Notes: generated by a model not told the origin, from the letters alone. Counted from the stretch's first letter, positions 48,563-63,606 are shown. The stretch: 64,000 nucleotides of DNA from Amphiscolops sp. MND2022 (GCA_964187785.1 OZ076409.1:50594001-50658000); one strand, 5' to 3'. Translations and numbers: made by a program.

Positions 48563-51500
48563 CACGTATCAAATGCGCGCTTTATTCCGAGCTAATTCGC
48601 ACAAATGGGGGACCCCTGATCACAAAATTACCAAAGCAATGAAAAAAGTGTCTAAGGTATTTTGGTGTACCTGATTTTAGTCTAAGGTTTAATTAATTAA
48701 ATATATTTCAAAACGCATCAATCAGGTTACTAAAATTTGTTTCTGTTCAACGAAGGTTGTGGTTGTTGAAAAACAACAATGATGAAGACTACTTACGGCA
48801 TTTTCATTTTTTATCTCGCTGTTTTTTCCTTTATTCAAAATCGGCTATTTTGTCCCGAGCTGACAAAATAGGTCGTCAAGCACTTTTAGCTCAGCAGTTT
48901 GTTAGAAATTTTTGAACATGCTATTTTTATAGAGACTTACGTAGTTCCTGGGCGCAATTCTGTGTTTGTTCAAATACAATGAAAATCAATCTTTCAATCT
49001 TTCAGCCCAGACAGATATTGTAATGCAATTGTTCAAGAAATATAACGAATGGAACTGGACGGAAGAACATACGAATGCTTTAGAAAATTTGAAACACAAA
49101 ATCACGGAGATACCGTGTCTGGCAAACTGAAACTCAAAGTACGTGAATATAATAACAACGGACGCCAGTACAAAACGTCTAGGAGTCACGCTAAAGCAAG
49201 AACAACCCGTTGCTAATATAAAACCGATCAGATCGCCAATCGCTTTCTTTTCGACACGGAAAAGAAATACGCCATCATTGAATTAGAACTGCTGGCGCTG
49301 ATATTGTGACTGGAACGTTTCAGTGTATACATTTACGTAATTAAAACGTAACTAAAAGGAAATACATAGTTCTCAAATAACGAAAGCCATATTACCGGCA
49401 AGCAGTTAGCACTCACGGATTATTTCAGCAGAAATCCGTCCGTTTCTCCTCAAGTCGATGACACACACAACGAAGAAGACGTAATCAAGAACATCATACG
49501 GCAATACAATTTCATAACCACATATGGTTACCTTAGCAACCATTTCAACCAATCACAGCACGATGTAGTGAACGCAACGCCACTCAAACCAAAGAACGAA
49601 CCGAAGCAATCCAAAACGCGTGAACAAACCGTCATTGATTGCTCTAACGAAACGCTAGAAAGTCGCGCAATTTTTGCAACAGCAAAAAACAAATTGGTAT
49701 TGGACAATTGAAAACTTAGATATCGCTGACTCCTATAGGATATAAGTTATTACAAGGAATATTATAAGGATTCGTATCTAATGCACTATTTAATGTTTCG
49801 GTATCCGAAACATTGCAGATTTTGCCAGGAAAGAGGGATTGAGTCTAATTGATTTTGAGATTCCAAATCTTTTGAAAATGAATGGAAATAAAAACGTTTT
49901 CTGATTGGAGTATAGCTAGAGGACAAACTCCAGACACTATTATGTTATTGTCATTAATTAGTCTGAAGGACCTGCTACTGTAATATTATGTTGATATTGT
50001 AAACACTACTCAGTATTAAATGAAACAACGTGAAAAACATTTCTTTTTTGGAATAATAGAATACAACATTGATATTGGGTAAATAACAACAAAAAGCGCT
50101 ACATCCAAATCAATGACGTTATTTGCAAATTGTTCAAAACAAGTTTGACCAGGTTTTGTTTGGCGCAACTAGTTGGATTTAATACACTTCTTGGAACGTT
50201 TTTAGGAAATATAAACCTTCGAAAGTGTTCTGCGATGGAATGTATTTGTCTTTCTCAATATTTCAAAGGAACATTATTTGTCCCAGAAAAGTTTGTTAAG
50301 TTATGACACCACAATCCGACCAAAAAAGCGTCAAATTTCCAGAACTCAACGACTCAACGAACAAAGCAAACCTAGAAGCAAACCCTTCGTAGGAAATCTT
50401 GTTTCAAAGCGCTTCGAGCGACGTGTGAACCACGGGACAACGAGTGGTTCACTGGGCAAGAAAAACAATCAGCGTTGTAAAGTCAGAACACAAAGTGGAA
50501 ATTGCAAACAAAAGTGGGTTAAGTTTTGATATGTTATCGACTTAGAAACAGAACTTCACATGTCCAAGCTCAATAGTTATTACAAACTCAGTTACACGCC
50601 ATGTTACCACAGGTTCATTTCTTCAGAGATGTTTCAACGGTGTGACGATCAGCCCTTCACTTTTCGGGCATTTTAAGGAGAGCACAGGGAACAGAAACAG
50701 TTGTTGTTGCAAAACCACAGCGCAAAGTACAACTTCAAGCATCTAGGTGAACGAAAATAATTTATCGAGTGAAAAAAAAATGTTTCCGTTTGACGGGGAG
50801 CGGAACAAAAACGTTCTGAAAGGAGGCAAAATAGCCGATTTGGTAATAAAGACAAAAAGGCCTATTTGTAAAACGGGACAAAACAGTCAAATTTCAAAAG
50901 AGAACAAAATAACCGGTTGTTTCTTCACGTATCAAATGCGCGCATTATTCCAAGCTAATTAGCACAAATGGGAGACCCCTGATCACAAAATTACCAAAGC
51001 AATGAAAAAAGTGTCTAAGGTATTTTGATGTACCTGATTTTAGTCTAAGGTTTAATTAATTAAATATATTTCAAACGCATCAATCAGGTTACTAAAATTT
51101 GTTTCTGTTCAACGGAGGTTGTGGTTGTTGAAAAACAACAATGATGAAGACTACTTACGGCATTTTCATTTTTTATCTCGCTGTTTTTTCCTTTATTCAA
51201 AATCGGCTATTTTGTCCCGAGCTGACAAAATAGGTCGTCAAGCACTTTTAGCTCAGCAGTTTGTTAGAAATTTTTGAACATGCTATTTTAATAGAGACTT
51301 ACGTAGTTCCTGGGCGCAATTCTGTGTTTGTTCAAATACAATGAAAATCAATCTTTCAATCTTTCAGCCCAGACAGATATTGTAATGCAATTGTTCAAGA
51401 AATATAACGAATGGAACTGGACGGAAGAACATACGAATGCTTTCGAAATTTTGAAACACAAAATCACGGAGATACCGTGTCTGGCAAACTGAAACTCAAA

Positions 51501-53640
51501 GTACGTGAATATAATAACAACGGACGCCAGTACAAAATGTCTAGGAGTCACGCTAAAGCAAGAACAACCCGGCGGTAATATAAAACCGATCAGATCACCA
51601 ATCGCTTTCTTTTTGACACGGAAAAGAAAAACGCCATCATTGAATTAGAACTGCTGGCGGTGATATAGTGACTGAAACGTTTCAGTGTATACATTTACGT
51701 AATTAAAACGTAACTAAAAGGAAATACATAGTTCTCAAATAACGAAAGCCATATTACCGGCAAGCAGTTAGCACTCACGGATTATTTCAGCAGAAATCCG
51801 TCCGTTTTTCCTCAAGTGGATGACACACACAACGAAGAATACGTAATCAAGAACATCATACGGCAATACAATTTCGTAACCACATAAGGTTACCTTAGCA
51901 ACCATTTCAACCAATCACAGCACGATGTAGCGAACGCAACGCCACTCAAACCAAAGAACGCCCCGACGTAATCCAAAACGCGTGAACAAACCGTCATTGA
52001 TTGCTCTAACGAAACGCTAGAACGTCGCGCAAACTTTGCAACAGCAAAAAAAAACAAATTGGTATTGGACCATTGAAAACTTAGATATCGCTGACTCCTA
52101 TACGATATAAGATATTACAAGGATTATTATAAGGATTCGTATCTAATGCACTATTCAATTTTTCGGTATCCGAAACATTGCAGATTTTGCCAGGAATGAG
52201 GGATTGAATCTAATTGATTTTGAGATTCCAAATCTTTTGAAATTGAATGGAAATAAAAACGTTTTCTGATTGGAGTATAGCTAGAGGACAAACTCCAGAC
52301 ACTATTATGTTATTGTCATTAATTAGTCTGAAGGACCTGCTACTGTAATATTATGTTGATAATGTAAACACTACTCAGTAGCAAATGAAACAACGTGAAA
52401 AACATTTCTTTTTTGTATTAATAGAATACAACATTGATATTGGGTAAATAACAACAAAAAGCGCTACATCCAAATCAATGACGTTATTTGCAAACTGTTG
52501 AAAACAAGTTTGACCAGGTTTTGTTTGACGCAACTAGTTGGATTTAATACACTTCTTGGAACGTTTTTAGGAAATATAAACCTTCGAAAGTGATTTTCGA
52601 TGGAATGTAATTGTCTTTCTCAATATTTCAAAGGAATATAATTTGTCCCAGAAAAGTTTGTTAAGTTATGACACCACAATCCGACCAAAAAGCGTCAAAA
52701 GCGTCCAACCAAAAAGCTAGTAGCAAACCCTTCGTAGGAAATCTTGTTTCAAAGCGCTTCGGGCGACGTGTGAACCACGGGACAACGAGTGGTTCACTGG
52801 GCAAGAAAAACAACCAGCGTTGTAAAGTCAGATCACAAAGTGGAAATTGCAAACAAAAGTGGAAGAAGTTTTGATATGTTGTCGACTTAGAAACAGAACT
52901 TCACATGTCCAAGCTCAATAGTTATTGCAAACTCAGTTACACGCCATGTTACCACAGGTTCATTTCTTCAGAGGTTTTTCAACGGTGTGACGATCAGCCC
53001 TTCACTTTTCGGGCATTTTAAGGAGAGCACAGGGAACAGAAACAGTTGTTGTTGCAAAACCACAGCGCAAAGTACAACTTCAAGCATCTAGGTGAACGAA
53101 AATATTTTATCAAGTGAAGTAAAATGTTTTCGTTTGACGGGGAGCGGAACAAAAAAAACGTTCTGAAAGGAGGCAAAATACCGATTTGGTAAAAAAAGAC
53201 AAAAAGGCCTATTTGTAAAACGGGACAAAAGAGTCAACTTGCAAAAGAGAACAAACTAACCGGTTGTTTCTTTACGTATCAAATGCGCGCTTTATTCCAA
53301 GCTAATTAACACAAATGGGAGACCCCTGATCACAAAATTACCAAAGCAATGAAAAGAGTGTCTTAGTTATTCTGGTGTACCTGATTTTAGTCTAAGGTTC
53401 AATTAATTAAAATATTTCAAAACACATCAATCAGGTTACTAAAAATTTGTTTCTGTTCAACGAAGGTTGTGGTTGTTGAATAATAACAATGATGAAGACT
53501 ACTTACTGCATTTTCATTTTTTATCTCGCTGTTTTTTCCTTTATTCAAAATCGGCTATTTTGTCCCGAGCTGACAAAATAGGTCGTCAAGCACCTTTAGC
53601 TCAGCAGTTTGTTAGAAATTTTTGAACATGCTATTTTTAT
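47945..53640 (+). repeat. Tandem segmental duplication with a ~2.35-kb unit
   Basis: Units ~48936-51297 and ~51298-53640, plus an internally deleted unit ~47945-48935. Anchor ACGTATCAAATGCGCGC recurs at ~48564, ~50927, ~53275. Confidence 0.9.
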
Positions 53641-56600
53641 GCCGACACCTAGAATGCTCTTCAAATGTCAATGAAAGCCTTCGAAGGACCTTCGAAGGTC
53701 AATGCAATTGTTTTATTGATCACGATGGCCTTTGACGGAAAATGCGCCGAAATGGTGCCGACTTAGAAGAGCAGAACTGCTTATACGGTGTCCTGTCCGT
53801 CCACCCCGCAGAATTGGGGAAACAGTTTTTCTTTTTCAAAACAATGTCTTGAGTGTTTTGCTGAAAATTTTCTGTTAGTGTTGTTACACTAAGAAACACG
53901 TCAGTAACTAGACATTGGATTCTTTGTGTCTGGTTTTATTTTCTCAACTTTAGTGAAGTAAGTGTGTAGGGCATTTTTGCTGGAAAGATATGTTTAGGGT
54001 TTTTAGTAAAGATGTCAAAGATTCCTGACTTCTAAATGTATGACCATGTAAGGGGTGACCATTGGGGTCTAACGAGTTCACACGGGTTTTATGGGATTTC
54101 AGCATGGGTATTTGCAATAACTGCCGTTTTTGATCCTGTCGGTGTTGTTTTTTTTTAATGTTTAAGTTCTCTGTGAACAAAAAATCAGAGGTTCCAGCAA
54201 AAAATTTTACAACAATTTTGATTTTGACATTTTCTAATCGCGGAGCATGAGCCTGCAATCGTTTGCTCATTCCAGTTTCATTTTCAAAGACACCGATTCT
54301 ATCCCATATGAATACCAACTACAATTTTTCAACAAAATGTCTGTCTAAATTTTCATTTCCGTCTCCTTTTGCTTTTCTGATCAGTCATATCATAAGTGAA
54401 ATTACCTAAATCATGACTGATTGTTTTCAGCCACAAATCACGGTAATGATATTTGCAACAATAAATAATGTCAAAAATCCATCGCATTCATGTACATAAA
54501 GGCAATGGATTTTTGATACATTTGTTGCAAATATATTATGTACCACCCATCACGTGTATCGTCCGCTACGTGTGACATGTTTAGTGTGGAAATAATTCGA
54601 AAATATATTTGTGTCCTACCTACGATAGTTTTAACTTGTTAATTTCTCAAAAAGACTCAGTTATTTACATTTCAATTGCTTTTGGTTTTAAAACGCAGTT
54701 TCATAGTTATTACGTTGTTGAAACCACGTGCAGTTGCATTTTCTGTGCTATTACAGTATGTACTTTTGAATAGTACAAAGAAAAATAAAAAGCGTGACTC
54801 TGAAACTACATTAATGCTTTTCGATTTCCCGATGCTCGGAGTCAATTGTCATCAATTTTTTCATTTCCTTGTTTTGATCAACATCACTGAAAACAGAATG
54901 GCGCGTTTCTTCTCCTGATCATATTCTACTGAATACTGAATGTTGTACTTCAAGGGCAGGCACCAACAATTTCGTTGATTATTATTTTCCGCCCGGCCCC
55001 CTTTGTCGTGCCCCCTTTCCGCCCACATATAATTGGGGAGGAAAATCATAATCTGTGATGCGTTTTTTTCTTCAAATTCTGCCAAAACTCTACTTTATTA
55101 CTCTTTTTAGTAAAATCTCATCACCATGGCGCAGTTGGTAGCTCGAACCCGTGATGATGCGTTACATTTTTAGCATAAAATATCCCGGTGATTAGCGGGC
55201 GTCTTGTTTACCAAGAATGCCATTTATATTTTTGTTTATATATTTGTTATTTTTCAAAATTGACGTTCTGGTCATAATGTCTAGATTTGTGTTTAAAATA
55301 GTACTTGAGAGCAAAAATTGGAAAAAAAATTCGGCAATAGCTAAATGGTTGCAAAAAGTTCCGCCTACTTTTGCACGTTACATTGAAAAGATTCCGAAGC
55401 CCCCAAGCGTTAAATGGAAAATTCTGACAAATATGTTTTAATGTGAATTCACACTCAGCCGAACGTTAACCTTGGCTTTTATCTGAATTTGAAAAATTGC
55501 ATCGTGGAAGGTTCTTGTTTCACCATGGTGAAAGGTTCTTGTTCTCAAATTCACAATCATAAACAATTTCAGGGATACAGTTGTGATTTGCAATAACGAG
55601 TGTTGTAAGAGAATATAAATAAATATCATTTCAAGATGGCATGGTCCCCAACAATGTTTTTGACTAGGTAAACAAACTTTTCAAAAAGCTTTTGGCAAAA
55701 TTCTAAAAAAACGGAATTTTACCAACTTCTGTTGTTTCACTAAATTGCCGCTACAGATTTACTATCTATTTCATGCAAAAGGGTCCCCATCAGGGCAATT
55801 CGAAAAAAATCTCTTCTTGGTAACTACTTAATTCAAAAAGTCAATTTTTTTGTGAGAAAACAGTATCAGAATTGTTCCACTAGGAAACAAACTGAAGTTT
55901 ACATACTGATGAATTCATGAAACAAAAAATTCGGGAATTTTGGTTAATCCACATTTTGTCAAAATACGATTTTTCAGAAACATTTTCATGTTTAATTTGA
56001 AAAGGTACGAAAATCTGACAATGACTAGATACAATTTCCAGCCATCTCTACAAAAGATCTCATGAAGTTCAGTTACAACGTCAACTTTTCTGATATAGTA
56101 CTAAGTTTTACTGAAGTAAACACTATCCAAAAACGTTTATATCGAACCTCTGGTTTCATTTTTTTTGATAATAGAAGAACTCTGATTCTTTGTTGTCGTT
56201 TACCTTTGTAACCATGAAAAAAATTCCAGCGCGAAATTTCAAACCCCGTACTTCTGCTTGCCAGCTCCAGTCAGGGCAGACTTTCACGGCAACCCCGGTG
56301 AGTTTTTTCAAGATCTCTTGAAGTTTCAGGCAGAAAAGGTAGGTAACGAGCAGCAAAGAATGAAAATTACTGACCTAAAACATAAATGTCTAACTTTCAA
56401 TACGAAAAAAAATAATTGAAACGAAGATTTTATGTCTCCTCTTAACTGGAAACGTTTAAGAACTATACAATATAACCAATCAAGATACAGCTGATATTGC
56501 AAAACCTGAAGAGAAAGTCAACCTAAACATTAAAACATTCTTACCGAATGCGCTGTATCTTATTTTTACTGGTACGTTAAAACGGCATGCATTTTTCTCC

Positions 56601-56699
56601 GGACACGTTTCGAGAATTATTCTCAAAACCGATCGCGGTACAGCTAATTTAAATCGGACAAAACAAATGTCACATTCTTCAAAAATTTAAACCGAAAGA

Positions 56700-57780
56700 C
56701 AACGAGCAATTATTGGAATGATAAAGTTTACCAGACTTATGCCACATCAAAAAAATTGTGACGTTTTTGACTACGAAAAAACTTTGATCGTGTCGATCAC
56801 GGCTTGCTGTGGAAAAAGGTACAGTCAACTAAGTTAAAGGGAAAAGTGTTAGGGGTAATGAGAAACCAGTATAAAAGAACAACGAGGCGGGAACAACATA
56901 AGTCGACGCCATATCTGAGGCTCAAAAACACCAAAAGGACATTAAAGTAAAAAAAACTCAAAGTATCAAACTCACAAAAAGAGTATCAAACTCACGAAAA
57001 ACCCAAACGACCGAACTGGAGCGTCAGGTGCCCGATAGCGCGGGCCCCTGGCGGCCTAAAAGGGGGGACCCTTTCGCATTTTTTATCATCCATTGTTGCA
57101 AACATCAAAAATTGAAGGGGAACCCTTTGTGATTTTTCAACATCCATTCTGTCGCAAAACATCAAAAAATTGAAGGGGGGACTATTTGGGGACCTTTTTT
57201 TCGAAAAACAAGTCTCAAAATGCCGAAAAAACTGAAAGGGGGACCCTTTAGTCTCTCCCGGTACAGTATGTTACGAGGAAAAAGGAAAAACCTTTTTGGT
57301 TTAGTTCGCTAGGCCAAATAATTCAATTTGGTACCATAAAATTTAGTAGATTTTATTGGAACTATTTTGGTCAGTTCGTATGGATTAAAAAAAATTGAAA
57401 AAAGAGTCACTATAAAAGCCGCCTTTCACTTCATGAATCGCCGACTAAAAACATTCGCTAGAGTTAATGGAAAGGTGTCGGATGTCTTTAACTGCCAAAT
57501 AGACGTAGGACAATGGGACACGCTGTCGCCCCTTCTCTTTAAAGTTTACATTGAAGTTTTTGAAGACGCAACCAGCCGGAAGAATTCATGGATCATGGTA
57601 CAGTTTAGTACAAAGTTAAGACGGATCTCCTAGCTCGTGAGAGGGGTTTTAAAATTTTTGATGTTGTATTTGCAGATGATACTGTTGCTTTAGCAAAACT
57701 GCAGCCGATCTGCGGGAATCGCTTGGCGCAACGACTGAATACTGTAAAGAAAAAAACCTTTTTACTTAGGACCAACGAAA
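56700..57780 (+). pseudogene. Non-LTR retrotransposon (LINE) RT fragment, split by an insertion
   Basis: FDYEK-FDRVDHGLLWKK (~56765-56820); after the insert, ARVNGKVSDVF...VGQWDTLSPLLF (~57455-57540) and FADD (~57670). Confidence 0.75.
56878..57451 (-). mobile_element. DINE-1/Helentron-like element inserted in the LINE fragment
   Basis: Same termini and internal repeats as 23921-24495; sits in an A-run with no other TSD. Confidence 0.75.
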
Positions 57781-57849
57781 TGGCAGATTTTATAAGCTTT
57801 ATGAGCTGTTGCTTCTACCCACTGCAACTGCCTCACTAAACTTGTAACT

Positions 57850-58530
57850 TCTACTGCCACTTGGCAGAGAAGTTAATCAGGATTTTCTGGTCTGCGAAGG
57901 AGAAAGACGTGGGTTCAAGTCTCGCACTATATCAAAAAATGTTTTTGTGCAAGTTGTTTCTGCTCTGCACTTTCTTTGAAACCTTTTACCGTCTCCAAGT
58001 GGTCCCCTTCACTTTTTTTGCTATTTTGCATCAAATAGGAATTTCAAAAAGCCCAAAGACACTTCTTCAGAAATTTTGGCATTATGAGACATTTCCAATT
58101 TCCTCAGCGCGCTATAATCGAATTTTGTTTTTTTTTTAACACGGGTGTTTTTCCATGCTTCCTTTTTCTAATTTGTTTTTATCGAAAACCCTTCTCAATA
58201 TTAGCTAGAAACGAAACGTTTGGCGAGGATAGAGGACTCCTCAGGGTTTTTGGCAGTATGTGGTTTTCCAGAGACTTCATAAAATACTTTCCAAAAAAAT
58301 TCGGAAAACACTTTTCTTCAATTGTTTTGGGGGGTATCGTTGTCTCCTGTTGGAGAAAAAGTGGTTTCCGAGTCTTCTGCGTATCTTTGAGGCATATTCC
58401 GGCACTGTAAAGTTGATGAACTTTTAACAGGTGTGACGATGAGGTGTAATTTCGCAGATGTAAAAAACATACTTTTGCATATGCAGAAAACTTGAGCGGG
58501 TCGCCGACTTGGGTCTTTTTCGGCTTGTTA
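57850..58530 (+). mobile_element. Degraded DINE-1/Helentron-like element with a tRNA-like B-box segment
   Basis: 3' end GTCGCCGACTTGGGTCTTTTTCGGCTTGTT (~58500-58529); GGTCCCCTTC/TGAGAC units; GGTTCAAGTCT at 57912. Confidence 0.5.
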
Positions 58531-61500
58531 CTTTTTCAAGCGACCAGAAAAACATTGTGGATAAAGTCAAAAAAGCGTTACATGTAGTCTACTTGTGCAT
58601 CTGTCCGACACACCGATCAGGCCGTTTCCGCTGTATGTTTGGGAGGTGTTGGGATTTGAAATTGTTGTACAAAAAAGTTTCCATCGGAAGTTTCCAATCC
58701 AAGCACTACGAATGAGGAAAAGAACTCTCCAAGTACGGTAATTGTTCAACTAAGACAAACTGGACTGTAGTTTTCCATCTTGCAAAAGATAGCATTATAC
58801 TAGCAAAAAGTCAACAGGAACAATCGGAGTATCGCTGGTTTAATGTTCCAGTGGTTAAACCTAACCAAATATATTAAAAACTGGTTGTCAGGTTTCGAAA
58901 CTTCTCTGATAAATTGCCGAATGGCATTGATTGAGAACTTCGCTGACTTAGTAAATGACTTTGAGTTCATTTAATAAGTAAAGTGACTATGTGGAGATCT
59001 TGCTAACCAAAGTTGGCAAACAATAGCGAGCACAACGCATATGTGTGAATGCTATTGTAAATACAATAAACAGGTAGATCTAGAAACGTATTTTAGCAGA
59101 AAAAAAACTTGAAAGAACGGATGAAACTGATCCAATTCAGGTGTGCACCAACAATTCTACCCAATGTAACAGACAAAATCGTAGACTATAAGAAAGTAAT
59201 GTACGTTCTGCAGCGAGATATGTAATGCATATGATTACCAGCTGCTAGGAGTTTTCTAATACTTTGAGCATGACCGTGACAGACTTCTTCCGCAATTTGT
59301 TTGTAATTATCTGAATTTGATGAAAGGAGACCAGTTGATAAATACCGTAAAAGTTGACCCGTTAAATACCCTTTCTGCTTTATGCCGTATTATCTGCCAC
59401 GCGGGTGCTGCTATCAGACATGAAACTAGTATATAATATTGTAATTCGGGCATGAAATTAAATAAATAAATCTTCCATCAGTCACGTTATGTAGTAAAAC
59501 CGAATTAAAATTTATGAAGTTTGTTTTGGTACGTGCAAGGGTCGAATCCATAACGTCCTTTGTTACAGATCGTGTGAAAAAGCCCATCCGTTTTCACTCA
59601 TCTCGGAAGTTTAGAAAAGATACACTGTTATGTAAACATAACAATCAAGTTGACAGTCAAATATAGACGACAAAATCTCGTTGATTAGAAGAATTTTCAA
59701 TCTCTAGTGGATCCTCAGAAATGCCCATGAACAAAACATTCTGCAAGATTTTGGGATTGTAAAGGATTAACTTTTGGGCTCTTCGAAGCGATGTACAACA
59801 AAAAGTCAGAAAGATTTTTTTCGATTGAAAATTGGACGTTTTCAACATTTTCAGCACATTTTTGTCTCTAAAATTTTAAAAATCAGTTTTGACTTGTGAA
59901 GTTGACATATTTTTGAGTATAAGTAGTCACAACGAAAACTATTCGAGCTATAGTAATAAAAAACCGATTATGAGCACATAATCATCAAAACTTGAAGGCA
60001 AGTTCGTCACTTTTCAACTAGTTGATTTGTTGCTTTCAAATACTTTTGTGTAAGCGATCAAACTAGAAGGATTGCGCATTTCGTCAACCGTCGTCTGTGT
60101 ATTTCAAGGAAATGCTATAGTGCCACGAACGTTGTCAACGAAGATTCCAAAGTTTGTAGTTTCTTTTACTATCAAACAGCCTAAAGTAAGTTTCAGCAGA
60201 AACCTTGGTTCATGTTTCTGATTGAAGCAACCAAGGAAGTCTTCTTTGGAGCCTTGCGTTTCCAATATTTCTGATAGTTTAGACTATTGTAGAGCTTTTG
60301 GAGGCATATTATTGTGGCAATTATTTTTGATGCGCCTTCCTACCATGATTCGCTGTACTGTACATGTTCTGCATGCAAATGTTACAGATGAAGTAGTTAC
60401 AATAAATTTAATTTGACTTGAAATCGGCACACTCTGATTCAAAAGACTAAAGGCTGATCAAAACTTCATACAAGAAGTTTTGAGGTAGCGATTTGAAAAC
60501 AGTTGGAAAACAAGTACGATGTTCGAAAGAATACCTAATTTTTGAATTTCACAAATTGCTGAAGTTGCCTTCTCAATCTCCAATTCTTGGATCATTTGCC
60601 ATTCAGTCTAGGTAGAACAAGAAGTCGGTTCGAGAGCAGTTGCGCTGATATCATGATATAATCGTAACGACCCAACCTGAAGTAGAAAAACCGGAACTGA
60701 GAGCAAACAAGAATACCATTTCAGAAAAATACAACATGATTTATGTATCAAGTCTTTCGGCAAAAAAACACGTAAAATGCGTAAAAATTAACTCAGGACT
60801 TCAGAACTGAAACTGAATGTGATTCCAACATTTTGGTCATTCATATGAAGCGAATGTACTGAATTGAAAGAAAGTTGAGCCCAACATTAATGTATCGACA
60901 ATATTTCTTTTCATGAATGTAATTTTAGCTTTTGACTTTCTTCCAAAGAACCTAACAGAGCTTCAAGCCGAATTGTTGATTTATCAGGTGAAGTCCTGTG
61001 GGAACATTCAAACAAACGGCAATAGTAACTTCCACCCAGCAAGCTAGAGGCTCAGTTGTTTACTCGAATTATAAATACGATCAAAACTGTTATCGGCAGT
61101 ATTCAGTTCACAGGAAAGAGTTGGTCTCAAACGAATTTGGTTTACAACTGGTCAATTCGTTGTTAAAAGAATTAGTTCATGCTTCGTTGATTCATTTTGT
61201 TTGGGGCTAAATTGAATTAGATGTCACACATTTGAGCAAAAAGAAATCATTCGGATTGAGATTTAAATTAACAGAGGTTATTTTCTTTCATCTGGGAAAT
61301 GAAAGCAACCCTCTCAGCTTCTTTTTCCACAATTTCCATTCTCCGATTTTGTACGCAAATGATTAAAATTTGATCCAAAGAATTCGACGCCGCAACAATT
61401 AAGTTTGTAGGTCTTACATTTGTGGAGGCGTTGAACTTTATTGAAGTATTGAAAAGTGTCTAGAATGAATAGTGTTTCAAAAAGAGAAAAAAAAGATTAT

Positions 61501-61770
61501 TGATCGTTTTATACTATTTGATGCAAGTTTTATATGTGCCAGATGGAAATCTTATATTTAAAATCTCCAAGATCGAAGTCTATCCCAAATTATAGAAATG
61601 TGAATGATTGCGTTCACATGTCGATTGTGTCCTAATGCACATGCGAAGAGGGGGACGTGTCATTACTCAACCATTTGCAGGTTTTGACGAACCAGCTGCC
61701 TCGAAGAAGATGGGTCATTAAATCAATATTTCTTAAATATTGGCGGAAGAGATTCATAGGTAAGAGACGT

Positions 61771-62786
61771 ACACTATGGTATTAAAAAGATAGGTACATC
61801 AAGTTTTGAACAACTTTTCAGTTCAGCCTCAGTTTTCAAAACGGAAGTTCATATAGTCCAAACAGTTCAAAGCTTACAGTTCAAACGTTGTTTTTCTTCT
61901 CACGAAAATGCAAAAATGGCTTGACTCTATTTTGTTTGTCAAATTGATGCAATAAAAATGTTGGATTTTCTCACCGAGAGATACACGAGAAGCTCAAAAC
62001 TAAATCAAAATCTACAGTTTCAAAATGAGAAAAATGAGAGTACACTTTAACTCATTCTTGACCAAAGAATCCAGTTCGCGGCAGACAGTTCGAAAGATTT
62101 TAAGGAAATTTTAAGGAAACAGGGAATTAAAAGCCGGATTGCAGCTCAAAAGTTAAACCTAAAGCGCGAACACAAGATTAACCGTCAAAAAAGGTGTAAA
62201 TTGATGAAAAATAAGACTTTCAGTTACTGGCAGAATGTGGTCTTTACCGCCGAAACTCGTGTTAAACTAACTAGTAATGGGATCAGGAGAGTTTTAAGAA
62301 ACAATGGAATAAGGTACAATGTAGAAAACTTGGAAAAGGACAGCAGAGACAAACGATCGCTTACGTTTTGTGGAGAAATGCGATATTATGGCTGCAAATT
62401 GCTAATTAAATGCTCGAACACCATGAACAGTGATGAATATCTGAAAATTTTGCAGAAATACCAAGCAAATCTCCATTTTGATGCCTTAGTTTATCAGAAA
62501 GACAATGCCCCTATCCATAAAGCGAGGAAAATTATGGATTACGTTGCTGACAACATTTCGAAAACCTTGGATTGGCCCGCATATAGCCCTGAACCCTATT
62601 GAGATCTTATGGGCCAATTTAAAAGAACGATTGCGCAAACAGATGTTTTCTTGGAAAAATTTAGAAGAAAAATTACTAGAAATTTGGAACAATATTGATG
62701 AAGAAACTGTAGCAAATCTGTATGAATCTATGAAAAATAGAATCGGAAAGGTGTCCCAGGTGAGAGGCGCACCAATTGGATACTAA
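61771..62786 (+). pseudogene. Tc1/mariner (DD34E-type) transposase pseudogene
   Basis: WQNVVFTAE (first D mutated), QKDNAPIHKA, WPAYSP-LNPIE-LW with a frameshift near 62590. Upstream TA-CACT candidate left end; right TIR not found. Confidence 0.85.
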
Positions 62787-63089
62787 ACTGCTAATATAAA
62801 CGTATAAAATTAATGTTTTCTGTTGAAAATGTTTCTTTCTAAAAAATTCTCCATTGGAATCTAACTTTTCATAGCTTTGTGCAGGAAGTTTCATCTTGTG
62901 CGAGAAACTGACATATAAAAAATTTGATTGTTTTCTTGGATATGATTACAAAGAAAAACCTCAACAACAAAAAATTAAGGTGCTCAGTTCAACTTCAGCC
63001 TTTTCGATTTGATTGATGAACCTTGGATCTTAGAATTTGCCTTGACCTATTTCGGTCAAAATTACGTCTAAATTCTGCGCTTCATTTAC

Positions 63090-63606
63090 GGTTCAGAAAG
63101 CGCAAAGTTTTGAAAATTGTAAAAAGGGGGACCCTTCGGTTTGTAGCAAAATATCCTCCTAAACTTTAGGGAGATATTTGGAGACATTTAAAAAAATCAA
63201 AAAACTTTTTGAAAAAAAGTTCGAGAAAAAACGCAAAATAAGAATTTGAAACTTATAGTGCTAAGAAAGTTGAAGGGGAGACCCTTTGGGCTGTTTGAAA
63301 TTTCAGTTGGCTGCAAAAAGTCAAAAAGTTGAAGGGGGACCCTTTGGCGACAAAAAATTTGGAAAAATAAAGTCGAATAGTGCCAAACAAAGGTCGAAGG
63401 GGGCCCTAGAGTCTTGCCCGAATTTGTATCTTACGTTAAAAAGGGAGTAAATGAAAAAGAGGACCCTTTGCACTAACTTAGATGCGTTTGCGTAGTTTAA
63501 TAGTTCTGTAAAAAAAGTCTACTACGCATACATTTTGTTATCTGACGAAAAAAAAACTTGCGACTGTAGTAGTAGGGGTCTTTTTGTTAATTGCGCTGCC
63601 TAGTAA
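63090..63606 (-). mobile_element. Degraded DINE-1/Helentron-like element
   Basis: Repeated GAAGGGGGACCCTTTGG units; degenerate right end ACTGTAGTAGTAGGGGTC...GCGCTGCCTA. Confidence 0.5.

Noticed and set aside
55120..55160. tRNA-like TGGCGCAGTTGGTAGC
   Set aside because: A-box only; no cloverleaf or T-arm follows.
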